Origin: Octopus vulgaris
Lineage: Eukaryota
Direction of reading: 5' to 3'
Length of the DNA: 64,000 nt
Assembly: GCA_951406725.2 (NCBI GenBank)
Contig: OX597818.1
Location: 6,262,001-6,326,000 of the forward strand
Shown here piece by piece: positions 52,790 through 64,000 of this stretch (position 1 is its first letter; the number at the start of each line of letters is the position of its first letter). Both the position numbers and the translations under genes were made by a program. Below the pieces are notes generated by a model that worked only from the letters and a program-made list of their open reading frames with translations, made no database searches and was not told where the DNA came from.

Positions 52790-54079
52790 CGAGGGGCGTT
52801 CAATAAGTAATGCCCCTGACCCACTTCCTATACCAGTAGAGCAACGAAACTTGGCACAGTTATTAGTTTTATCTACATAAAGACATAAATGCGTAGCACC
52901 ATCCAGTGTTACGCATTTCTCTCATCGTTTGATGCAGCTCTGGAGGCCGTTTTTGTAGAAGACCCCAGCTTGGTCCTCCAACCACGACGTGACTACAGAA
53001 ATTAAGGCTGCATCATCTGAGAAACGCTTTCCTTTTAAAAACCACTTCATGGCGTGGAAGAGGTGAAAATCAGAGGGTGCAAGGTCAGGAGAGTAGGGAT
53101 GGGGGAGGAGTTCATAGCCGCACGCCTGTGCTTCTGATCTGGCGACACGCGAGTTGTGGACCGGAGCGTTGTACTGCAGGAGGAGGATGCCTTTGCTGAT
53201 CTTGCCCCGCCTCTTGATTTTGATAGTTTCTCTTAATTTCCTCAAATGTGAAGCATAATAAGATCCTGTAATTGTGGTACCCTTTTCCAGGAAATTTGTC
53301 ATCACTACTCCGTCCTGGTCCCAGAAGACTGTGAGCATGACCTTGCCAACGGAGGGCTGCACCCTTGCGTTCTTTGGAGGAGATAAGTCACGGTGCTTCC
53401 ACTGCATTGACTGGGCGTTGGTCTCTGGATCATAGTGATGGACCCAGGTTTCATCCTGTGTAATCCGTCTTTTGAAAAATGTTGACTCATCTTCTTGGCA
53501 CATCTCCAAATTCATCCTCGAGCACCCGACGCGTTCTTGCTTCTGGAAAAGTGTAAGCCACCTGGGAATCCATCTGGCAGACACCTTTTGCATTTACAAA
53601 TCGTCATGAATGATAGTTTCTACAGAGCCGGTACTAATCCTGACCTCATGGGCTATTTGGTGAATAGTTATGCGTCGATCTTCCAAAATTGCAGCCTCAA
53701 CTTGACAGACAGATGCAGAAGGGGGGGGCGACCAGATCTGGGAGCTGTTTCCACAGAATTCCGACCATGTTTGAATTCACGATGCCAGCATTTTACTAGG
53801 TCATATGATGGGGCATCATCACCACAAGTTACTTTCATTTCATCAAAAGTCTCCCGTGGTGTGCATCCTTTCAAATACAAAAACCGGATCACAGCTCGAC
53901 ACTCAACAGGCTCCATTTCACACTTGACTCAGTTCAAACAGCTGTAAATCAGAAACCACAATTAGTTCAGAGCTGTAATTTGCCACTTAATCTATAGAGA
54001 TATATAATAATTGCACAAATTTCAGCTAGATCAGACAAATGCAAGTGGATCAGGGGCATTACTTATTGAACGGCCCTCG
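52790..54079 (-). mobile_element. Full-length mariner (irritans/Himar1-like) transposon
   Basis: ~30-bp TIRs CGAGGGGCGTTCAATAAGTAATGCCCCTGA with 1 mismatch; TA TSD on both sides; 1290 bp. Confidence 0.97.
52922..53916 (-). pseudogene. Mariner DD34D transposase pseudogene
   Basis: MEPVECRAVIRFLYLKG, ARWIPRWL, TQDETWVHHYDPE, LLQYNAPVH (catalytic D>Y) and YSPDLAPSDFHLF; frameshift near 53700 and premature stop at 52922. Confidence 0.93.
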
Positions 54080-54299
54080 TATATATACACATACATACAT
54101 ATACAAACATGCATATAGATACATACTGAAAGTTATAGAAATGAAGCTAATATATATAGATACATAATGAAAGTAATTCAACTTGTAACCATATGATAGT
54201 GCAAGTATTAATAGAGATGCTTTGGTTAATTTTATGGAAACAGTGTAAAAGATAGGAGATTGCACCGGACTCGCATTATGGCAGTAGCTGAAAATGTTT

Positions 54300-54430
54300 G
54301 GGGCTCATGACACTGCATCGTCCCTAAGTAAGTCATGTGCAAAATTTCAACGAAATCCGTTGGGTACTTCTCGAGTTTCAGTGTGTCACACATACAGACA
54401 GACACACATTCTGGGTTTTATATATATAGA
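54300..54430 (-). mobile_element. Helitron-like non-autonomous element, 5' fragment
   Basis: AAATTTCAACGAAATCCG...ACAGACAGACAC...TTTTATATATATAGA; same layout as 26600-26710. Confidence 0.55.
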
Positions 54431-54862
54431 TATACAAGCACACTTACTTATATACATATAGGGATTAGTTTCCTAAATAGCTTAATAGGGATATACAATC
54501 CTAGCTTTTACCGCTTAAAAATGTTAGCTAACGTCAGTGAAAGTACATGAACTCCAGTTAGTTTACTTTACTATACTCGGTAAATCCTCACTTACGTAAG
54601 TCTATGACTCTATAGAGACTGCATAGTAGAGAATAAATAAATATTAAAATATGCGACTAAATATATAATTAATCCTGGATATGTAAATCTCTTTCCTATT
54701 TTTATTTAAATATCTGTATATTCTTCTTTTTCTTCTTCTTCTTCTACTTCTTCTTCTCCTCCTCCTCCTCCTTCTTCTTCTTTGCCTCTACCTCCTTCTC
54801 CACCTTCTTTATCTTCATCTTCTTCTTCTTCTTCTTCTTATCATTATCATTATTATTATTAC

Positions 54863-54949
<87 letters not shown>

Positions 54950-54962
54950 CATCATTATTATT

Positions 54963-55233
54963 GAGTGAGAGAGCAGTGCATGTCATCAAAGTGACACAGA
55001 GGTAAAATATACGAAGCCCAGTATACTGGGTATGTGTGCTTTGGGTATGTGCTGTGATTTGTTGTTATGATCTGATGGTTACTGTATTGAAAGTGTTCTG
55101 CGTAGGATGTGTGCAGTGCCTAGTAGTGCAATTTTCTGTATGTTATATGTGATTGTAAGTCCTGGTGTTTTTGTTGTGTATTTGTTATGTAGAAGTCATG
55201 AGAGCCACTGTGTGGCACTGCATCAGGGCATTT
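54963..55233 (-). mobile_element. Chimera: both termini of the 560-bp element enclosing a Dong 3' fragment
   Basis: 54963-55026 matches 39909-39972; 55035-55185 matches 56699-56851; 55190-55233 matches 40424-40466. Confidence 0.85.
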
Positions 55234-55238
55234 ATTAC

Positions 55239-55302
<64 letters not shown>

Positions 55303-55303
<1 letters not shown>

Positions 55304-55450
55304 GCCGATGTCGACTTTGCCTTTCATACTTTCGGGGTCGATAAATTAAGTACTAGTTAAGCACTGGGGTCGATGTAATCGATTTAATCCGTTTGTCTAT
55401 CCTTGTTTGTCCCCTCTGTGTTTAGCCCCTTGTGGGTAGTAAAGAAATAT
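55303..55450 (+). mobile_element. SINE fragment (Nin/Deu-like core and tail)
   Basis: GTCGACTTTGCCTTTCATACTTTCGGGGTCGATAAATTAAGTAC...CACTGGGGTCGATGTAATCGA; related pieces at 30500-30645. Confidence 0.75.
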
Positions 55451-55481
55451 AATTATTATCATTATTATTATTATTATTATT

Positions 55482-56036
55482 GAGTGAGAGAGCAGTGCAT
55501 GCCATCAAAGTGACACTGGGGTACAAATATACGAAGCCCAGTATACCCATCATGACTACCCGTCTGATAAGGGTACACCAGTCACGTGCATCACAACCAT
55601 ATGTGCGCGACATGGTGATCTCATAACAAGATAAACAGCGCATGACCTTGCGGGTGGGGCCCAGTTAGAATTTTCTTCTGGTTGGGTAAACCATCCCACT
55701 CAAAAGGTCCCTGATTAAGGGTTGTGTAAGGATGTTGAATGAAACACCCATGTTTCCAGAGGTGAATCATTCAAACCCCAAAGAATCCCTCTCAACACAT
55801 GGCTATGATGTTCCCCCACTACTTCTACTCGTGATCAGAGATGCACATATCGTCAGCCACTAAGGTACATTCTCAACTGGTTACGGTCAAACAACTGACA
55901 AGCAAATCTGTGGTATTGAGCAGAATATTTGCTGTAGCCCATCTTTTATACCAAGACAAAACAATGTACATGATAACACTTCCAGTCAGTTAAGATCAGA
56001 AGCTATGAGAGCCGCTGCCTGGTTCTGCATCAGGAC

Positions 56037-56040
<4 letters not shown>
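55482..56040 (-). mobile_element. ~560-bp non-coding element in (TAA)n, second full copy
   Basis: Collinear with 39909-40466. Confidence 0.88.
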
Positions 56041-56647
<607 letters not shown>

Positions 56648-56650
<3 letters not shown>

Positions 56651-59335
56651 TAGTTTTATTTTTATATCGTGCTTTCACTTCACTACCGAGCGCAGCTCTG
56701 TGTGCTTTGGGTATGTGCTGTGATTTGTTGTGATGCTCTGATGGTTATTGTATGGAAAGTGTTCTGCGTAGGATGTGTGCAGTGACTAGAAGTGCAATTG
56801 TCTATATGGTATATGTGATTGTAAGTCCTGGTGTTTTTGTTATGTATTTGTCGGAATATTTTTTTATAATGCCTAATGCACCTACTATGATAGGAATTGT
56901 TTCTGTTTTTAGATTCCACATTCTAGTTATCTCTATTTCCAGGTCTTTGTATTTTGAGAGTTTCTCCATTTCTTTTAGAGACACGTTGTCATCTGCCGGT
57001 ATTGAAACATCAATTAGAAAGCATTTTTTCCTTTATGATCTCTGACAACTCTATCTGGTCTGTTGACCTTAATTTCTCTATCTGTGTGTATTGGCATATC
57101 CCAGAGTATGGTTGCTTTCTCGTTTTCTGTCACCTTTTCTCGTGTGTGCCTATACCATCTTTTTTTCTCTTGTTATTCCATAATGTTGGCATAGCTTCCA
57201 GTGTATGTAGGTCCCAACTCTGTCGTGTCTGTGAATATATTCCTTCTTAGCCAGGACTAGGCAGCTAGAGATAATTTGATTTATTGTTTCTTGTCCATCT
57301 CCACATATTCTGCAGTTACTTGTTATATTTTTTTCATTACATATTTTTGTATTTTCTGGTGGGGAGGCTTTGGTCTTGTGTTGCAATTAAAAAACCCTCT
57401 GTCTCTGCTTTGAGTCCTGAGCTTCTCAACCACTGCTGGGATTTTTCTTTGTCTATTTCTTATGCATTTAGTTTAGTCTAGTACTTGACATGAAGGGGCT
57501 TTTCTTGCCATCGTTTTATCATGGTCCGTTGCTGTTCTAGTTTTAGTTTTGTTTTCATTTGTTTTATAGCTTTTGTTGTTTCTTCTTCTTCTTCTTCTTC
57601 TTCTTCTTCTTCTTCTTCTTCTTCTTCTGCTTCTTCTTCTTCTTCTTCTTCTTCTTCTTCTTCTTCTCCTCCTCCTCCCTCTTCTTCGTCTTCTTCTCCT
57701 TCTCCTCCTCCCTCTTCTTCTTCTTCGTCTTCTTCTTCTTTTTATTCTTCGTCTTCTTCTTCTTCTTCTTCTTCTTCTTCTTCTTCTCCTCCTCCTCCTT
57801 CTTCTTCTTCTTCTTCTTCATATTTGTTAGGTGGTATGATTTCTTGTTTGTATTTGTCAGCTTCCTTAAATACTGAGAACAAGTTTTAGTTTTGCTCGTG
57901 TTTTGCCGCTATTTGTATCAGTTGTCCTTTCTTCTGAAGTAGGTATTTTTGCAGTCCTATGGTGGTTATTTTATAGTAGTTTTCCAGCCTTATAAGGCCT
58001 CTCCCACGTTCTATACGTTATATATATAGCCTTTCTATGTCAGATTTCGGGGGATGCATCCTAGATCCTGTCATTATGTTTCTTGTTTTTCTATATATTT
58101 TGATTAGTTCATTTAGCGTCCAGTTGAGGATATTTTTAGCTGTAACTTATAACTGGGACGGCCAAAGTGTTAATACCTATTATCTTGTTTTTAGCATTGA
58201 GCTCTGTTTTTAGTATTGATCTAACTCGTCTATAGTATTCTTTATGTTGCTTATAATTGATGTTGTTTTTTGTCTATTTCGATTTTTGGGAGGTATGGTC
58301 AGTAGCCATTTTGAGATCTGTGTTTTTCAGTTCTTTAATTATTCTACTTTTTATAGTATCATAATCATTATGCTCCTCTGCATTGTTTCCAGGTTTTAGA
58401 TTTGTGTCGCTTTCTTTCTCATTCGTATGTTTGTCTGTGGTGTTTTGGCTTGCTGCTTGTCGTGCATTATTATGCACCCTTACGGTCTGGGTTTGTTGTT
58501 TTTTATTTACATCGTTTTTGTTGGAAATGTTACGTTTGCATTCTTGTTTTACTATCTTTGTGTTTATATTATTTGGCATTGTTGTGTGGATTCTATCTAT
58601 ATTTTCCTGATGTATTTTTTCTTTTCTATTTCTATTTCTGATATTTTTTTGCGTTGAGAATATATCTTCGTACGTTAGCTAGTTTATTATGGTTCATTGC
58701 TGTATCCAAGTATTTATTTATGTTATTTTTCTTCCATATTTTATATGTATATGTTGTTGTGTTTTCGTTCTTTGGGTAGAACACTGCTGTAAAGTAAGCG
58801 TGTAGGATTGAAATGTATTCCTCACGTGTCCATTTATGTCTTTCTGGTTTTATTTGCGGGGCGTGAGGAACAACGTCCGGCCCATTATATTGACGGTCGT
58901 CATTTTCGTAGGGTACTAGTCCATTCATTTCTTTTGTCACATTGTTTTGAACGTGTAGTTTTTCGTACTTGTGGTGTAACAAATTTAAAGTACGTACTTC
59001 CCGATTGTTGTTCTTGGATTGAATAATACCGGTATTATTTAATTTATTCGTATTTTTTTTGTACGTGGTTTTTGGGGCCGGAGATGATCTTTCGTTGATG
59101 GATCGTAATGTATCAAGCATGTTTACATGGTTGGAGATGATATCGAGTTAAAATACATCATTTCCTTTCGAAAAAAGCAATAAATTTCAATGAGTATTAC
59201 TTACTCCGGATATAGACCAATCCTTTTTTCAGTTATTTTTTGGCTTCATACGATGTCTTTGTTTCCGATGTTTGTGGATAGATTTAGGAGCACTGTTTTA
59301 TCGCTCTCACATGTTAAACGTCCCCGGTCTTCTTA
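56648..59335 (-). mobile_element. R4/Dong-clade LINE (family A) with RT core deleted
   Basis: N-terminal RHKWTREEY domain joins directly to EYYRRVRSILKTELNAKNK (post-RT). CRICGDGQETINQIISSC knuckle and REL nuclease KEMEKLSKYKDLEIEITRMW are present. (CTT)n at 57580-57820; 3' end in (TAA)n. Confidence 0.9.
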
Positions 59336-59361
59336 TTTTTCTTCTTCTTCTTCTTCTTCTT

Positions 59362-59444
<83 letters not shown>

Positions 59445-59458
59445 CATCATGATCATGA

Positions 59459-59550
<92 letters not shown>

Positions 59551-62500
59551 TTTCCTTCTTTCTTCAAATTTTCCTCCGTTTCTCGCCGAGTGTTTTCCGT
59601 ACACATAGGGCAGAGAAGCTCATTGTATGCACTCCCAGATTACACACGCAAATTCACATGTAAAATATGTAATTAAAAAATTAATAGATAAATAAATTCA
59701 TGAATGGATGTTGTTTCACAGCGATAATGCTCTTCTCAGTACATGAACCGTTCCAATTAACACGATTATTTGCACTTCGTGTAGGGATGGTAAGCCTGGT
59801 ATCATTTTCAAATAGGTTTCAGTACATTTTTTTTATCATTCCTAGAGATCCTACAATCACTTGTACTGTAGTCGCCTTGAGATGCCACATTTTTTCAATA
59901 TCCGTTACCAAGTCTTTATATTTACTAATCTTGTCAAATTCTTTCGCCGCTATATTGTGATCGCAAGGAATACTCATATCAATTAATAAACACATCATTT
60001 TTGTCTGATCTTTTATGATAATATCCGGTTTATTAGCTTTTATAGTTTTGTCGTTATGTACGGGGAAGTCTCATATAATCGACACAGTTTCTCCCTCAGT
60101 CACAGCTTCAGGATGGTGTTTATACCATTTGTCAGCCGTTTTGATTTTATAATGACGGCATATTGCCCAGTGTAAATACTGGGCGCCTCTGTCATATCTT
60201 GCTTTATATTCTACAGGTGCTAAGACTCTACACCCTGAGATTAGGTGTTCTATTGTGTCATTCTCATCGTTACAGAATCGGCATTTTGGGTCAGCTCCAT
60301 TTTTTTATCACAATTGCTTGGTAGTTCCGGGTTAATAAGCGTTGGTCTTGAGCAGATATGAAACCTTCACTCTCCACTTTTAGCTCTGAGCTTCGTAAGC
60401 TTGGTGCGTGTGTTTCTGGTCGACATCAGCTCCTTTGCTACGGGCCACATACTTGCCATGGTGAGGTTTCTGTTCCCATCTGCTTGCTAATTTTTCGTGC
60501 TCTTTTGTCTTTGCAGCAGCAGTTGGCGCATTTCCTTCAGCCTGATCAATCTGGTGGGTATCTAAGAGATCAGCAGCGACTTTTTTGCTGTCTTTCAGAA
60601 TATAATGAAGTTTATTTCGGTCTTTCAATTTTTTCAACAAGTTTTAGCATCCAATCGTTGGTTGCTTCAAGGCATTTGGCCAGTCCGATTGTGGTGGTTT
60701 TGTACGTAAGGTCAAGCTGGATCAAACCTCGTCCTCCCTGAGCTCTGGGAAGGTAAAGACGATCCACGTCTGCCTTTTGATGATGCATCTTATTACAAGT
60801 CAGTAGCTTGCGGATTTTTCTGTAAATTTTCCATTATTTCACTGATATTCCAGTTAAACACATTGAAGCTATAAAGAACAACTGGTACTGCTAAGGAATT
60901 TATGGCTAACACCTTATTATATGCATACAGCTCAGATTTCTGGATTGATCAAACTCTTCTGTAACATTCCTTCCTAACCTTCTCTTTCATGCTTGCATGC
61001 TGGATACCAGAGCCTTCATTTATTCCTAGGTATTTATAGGTTTGTTCCTGCTCTAGTTCCCTTATTACAATTTCGACATCTAATTCGATCGAACTCGACT
61101 TTATCAATTTCCCTTTCTTAAAAGTGACTTTGGCACACTTTTAAAGGCCAAACTCCATCCCGATATCATCACTGAATCCTTTCACTGTATGTAAGAGTCC
61201 TTCAAGCTCTTCATCATATTTGCCATGTAGTTTTAAGTCATCCATATAAAACATGTCTTATTTTCCTATTGTCAATTTTGTAGCCATACCCTGTTCTGTT
61301 CAGTTCACTTGAGAGTGGTATTAGTGCTACGCAGAAAATTAGTGGTGAAAGTGAGTCACCTTGGTAAATGCCACAGTTTATACTAATATTGTTTGAGCGC
61401 AATACTCCATTAGAATGATATAATTGGAGCTTCGTGTTCCATAGTGATATACTTTACTTTAAAAAATCTGAAATCACAGGAGAAATTTTGAAAATGTCCC
61501 GCGATTTCAGAATCCATGAATGTGGTACGCTGTCAAAGGCTTTTTTGTAATCAATCCATGAAGAGCTGAGATTTCTGCGCTTGTTATGGCAGTTCTCAAG
61601 AATCATACGATTAATTAGGAGCTGATCTTTGCATCCGTATGAGCTTCGTCTGCATCCTTTTTGTTCAGTGGGAAAGAGGTTATTCTCTTCCATAAACGTA
61701 TATGTTTTCTCCACTAGAATAGATGTCAAAATGTTATAGGTAGTAGACAATCATGTTATAGGCCGGTAGTTTTTGGGTCTTCGTTTCCTTATTTTTGGGG
61801 AGGAGGTAAGTAATACCATTTGCCATCCAATGTGTAGTCTTTTCCATGTCTTTCATAATACTATTGAATAGTTTTACTAACATTTTGTGTGCGGATGAGA
61901 GTGATGAGAGCCAGAAATTTGGTACTCTGTCAATACCAAGGGATTTCCACTTATGAGCCTTCGTTAGTGCCCTCCTTAGGTCGGCGATTGAGATGCGTAG
62001 GCATCTTGGGTGCGTTAGATCCAGTCTGCATTTTCATTGTATGGTTTCTCATCACTCCAGATCACTTTCCAAAAGTTTTCAATTTCTTCCATTAGGGGTG
62101 GATTTTCAATGGTTATTTTTTCTTTCCCTACTTCCCTGTAAAATGATTTGGCATTGGATTTGAACATCTTATTTTGTTTGTAGCATTTGATTCTTTTCTC
62201 AAATCTGCGTATTCTCTGAGCTTTTGCCTGAACTTTTTGTTTAAGTGTTTCTTTCGCTGAGATTAGTTCTTCTCTTGTTGAGAGTCCATATTTTCTCACA
62301 ATCTTCCTGCCTTTTCTTGATCTTACACCATTTCCAGAGATTAGCTCAGTTGATATTGATATCTCCCTTCGCAATGATTCAATTTCAGTTTCAATTCTAC
62401 TCCTCCAGTTTGATTTTCTTTTCGAATTTGTTACTGTTGGCTTTTTGGGCGTTAAACAGCGTCTTTCGATTATCTTAGCAACAGAGTAAATAATTTCATT

Positions 62501-63110
62501 TAACTCATTAAGATCGAGCTTTAGTTGTTGTATGATTTCTTGCGTAAAGCAGTTGCAAATTTGTTGGTGTGCATTTGAGAGTTACTGGAGTGGTTCCTTC
62601 TAATTCATATTTGAATGCTCTACAACTGCAAGTTCATTCAGAACTTCCTGCTTCATTTCAATGATAGATTTTCTGTGTTGTACAGCAAATATGTGGTCTT
62701 CAAATTCTGTTTCGACATCATTTTCCTGGCTGTTTTTCTAGGGTCATTATAGGTCCAGATTCTGTAGGAGTTTGCGGTGATTTTCTCTTGGGTTGGCCTA
62801 CTTAATGCAAAGCAATAAGCATATATTACTTCTTTATATTCTTCCTGGTTCCATTTAGTCCTTTTACATTTTTGATTTTCTGGTCGTTGTGGTGGTGAAC
62901 TTTGGGGGCTTAATTTGGAACAAATCCCGTTTAAGTGACCTTCCAGGTTCGTATTCAGGGAAGACATACTGCCATTTGAAAATGTTTCGCCATCAGGCTG
63001 ACAGCTTCCTGAATAAGCGATTCGGTGTACTGTTTGAAATTTTCTTTTCAAGTAAAGTTAAATTATTATTAAATTTTCATTTTTAAAAAATGTTATTTAT
63101 TTATTTTTAA
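59551..63110 (-). mobile_element. R4/Dong-clade LINE (family B), near full length, frameshifted
   Basis: RTKWNQEEY N-terminus; RT motifs EQKGC, WIDYKKAFDSVPHSWI, GIYQGDSLSP and YMDDLKL; CRFCN..TIEHLISGC; NKPDII..LIDMSIP..KEFDKISKYKDL REL nuclease. 3' end in (TAA)n. Confidence 0.95.
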
Positions 63111-63139
63111 CCACGAATCTTCATACAGAACCGCCGCTA

Positions 63140-63532
63140 TCATCATTAGCAGCAGCAGCAGTAGTTGTAGTAGCAGCAGCAGCAATATCATTATCAGCAG
63201 TAGCAGCGGCAGTGGTAATATCAGTAGTAATGGCAGCATCAACAGCAGCAGTAGCAGCAATAGTATTAGTAGTAGTAGTAGCAGAAGTAGTAGTAGTAGT
63301 AGTAAAGGTAGCAGCAGTAGTGGCAGCAATAGTAGTAGTAGCAACAGCAGCAGTAGTAGTAGCAGTAGCAGCAGCAATAGTAGTAGTAGTAGTAGTAGCA
63401 GCAGCGGTGGTAGTAGTAGTAGTAGTAGCAACATCATCAGTGGTAGCAATAATAGTAGTAGTGATTGCAGCAGCAGTGGTAGCAGCAGTAGTATTAGTAT
63501 TAGAGTAGTAGTAATAGTAGTAGTAGTAGTAG
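63140..63532. repeat. (AGT)/(AGC) degenerate trinucleotide repeat
   Basis: Direct reading. Confidence 0.95.
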
Positions 63533-64000
63533 GTGCGGCTCATGTAATTAATTTTTTTTTAAAAGTAGGATGGAGTCCGATCGGTCAAAAAGAGTTCAAA
63601 TGTCTACTACATTGTTGGGACTTGCCAACAGTGACCTTGACCTTAAGAAAAATTAAGGAAGGGCCAACTTACTCTGTTCTGCATTATTTGTGAATAGAGT
63701 TGTGTTCGAGCAGAGAGAATCTATTATTAGTATCAATATATTTTTTCCTCAACGTGGATTTCTGTTATTGCAATAAAAAGTATGTTTACATATTTCGAGT
63801 AGTCAAGGAGAAAATAAAGGTAATATTGTAGAGATTGAAGTCGACTTTTCTAGAGATGTTTGTTTGTATGTCCAGTTAGAGAAAATATTTGTGTTTTTGC
63901 AATAAGAAGTAGGCTTACATTTATTTTTGAATATTCAGGGAAGAAGGAAAGAAAAGTCAAATTTTCACAGAAAGTTTTAAGATTCACCAAAGATAGTTTT

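Overview
AT-rich, microsatellite-saturated eukaryotic DNA. The SINE and repeat families look like coleoid cephalopod (Octopus-type) sequence; this is inferred from recognition, not from a search. No host protein-coding exon can be supported, and nearly all ORF-track entries are microsatellite artefacts. The window is dominated by transposon remnants: Tc1/mariner copies (DD34E, DD34D, DD37D-like, DD41D-like), tRNA-derived SINEs, a non-autonomous Helitron, R4/Dong-clade LINEs stacked in (TAA)n tracts with a ~560-bp non-coding partner element, and many Penelope-like element (PLE) fragments. The most notable hidden layer is about nine type I hammerhead ribozyme (HHR) motifs from several unrelated sequence families. 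Their cores covary at the 3-8 pair (C3-G8, U3-A8, G3-C8) and most have palindromic helix III. Several sit in ORF-less, (TA)n-embedded 'inverted arm + tandem unit' elements that resemble retrozymes or mini-PLEs, and one is fused into a tRNA-derived SINE. Ribozyme activity is inferred from hand-folding only.
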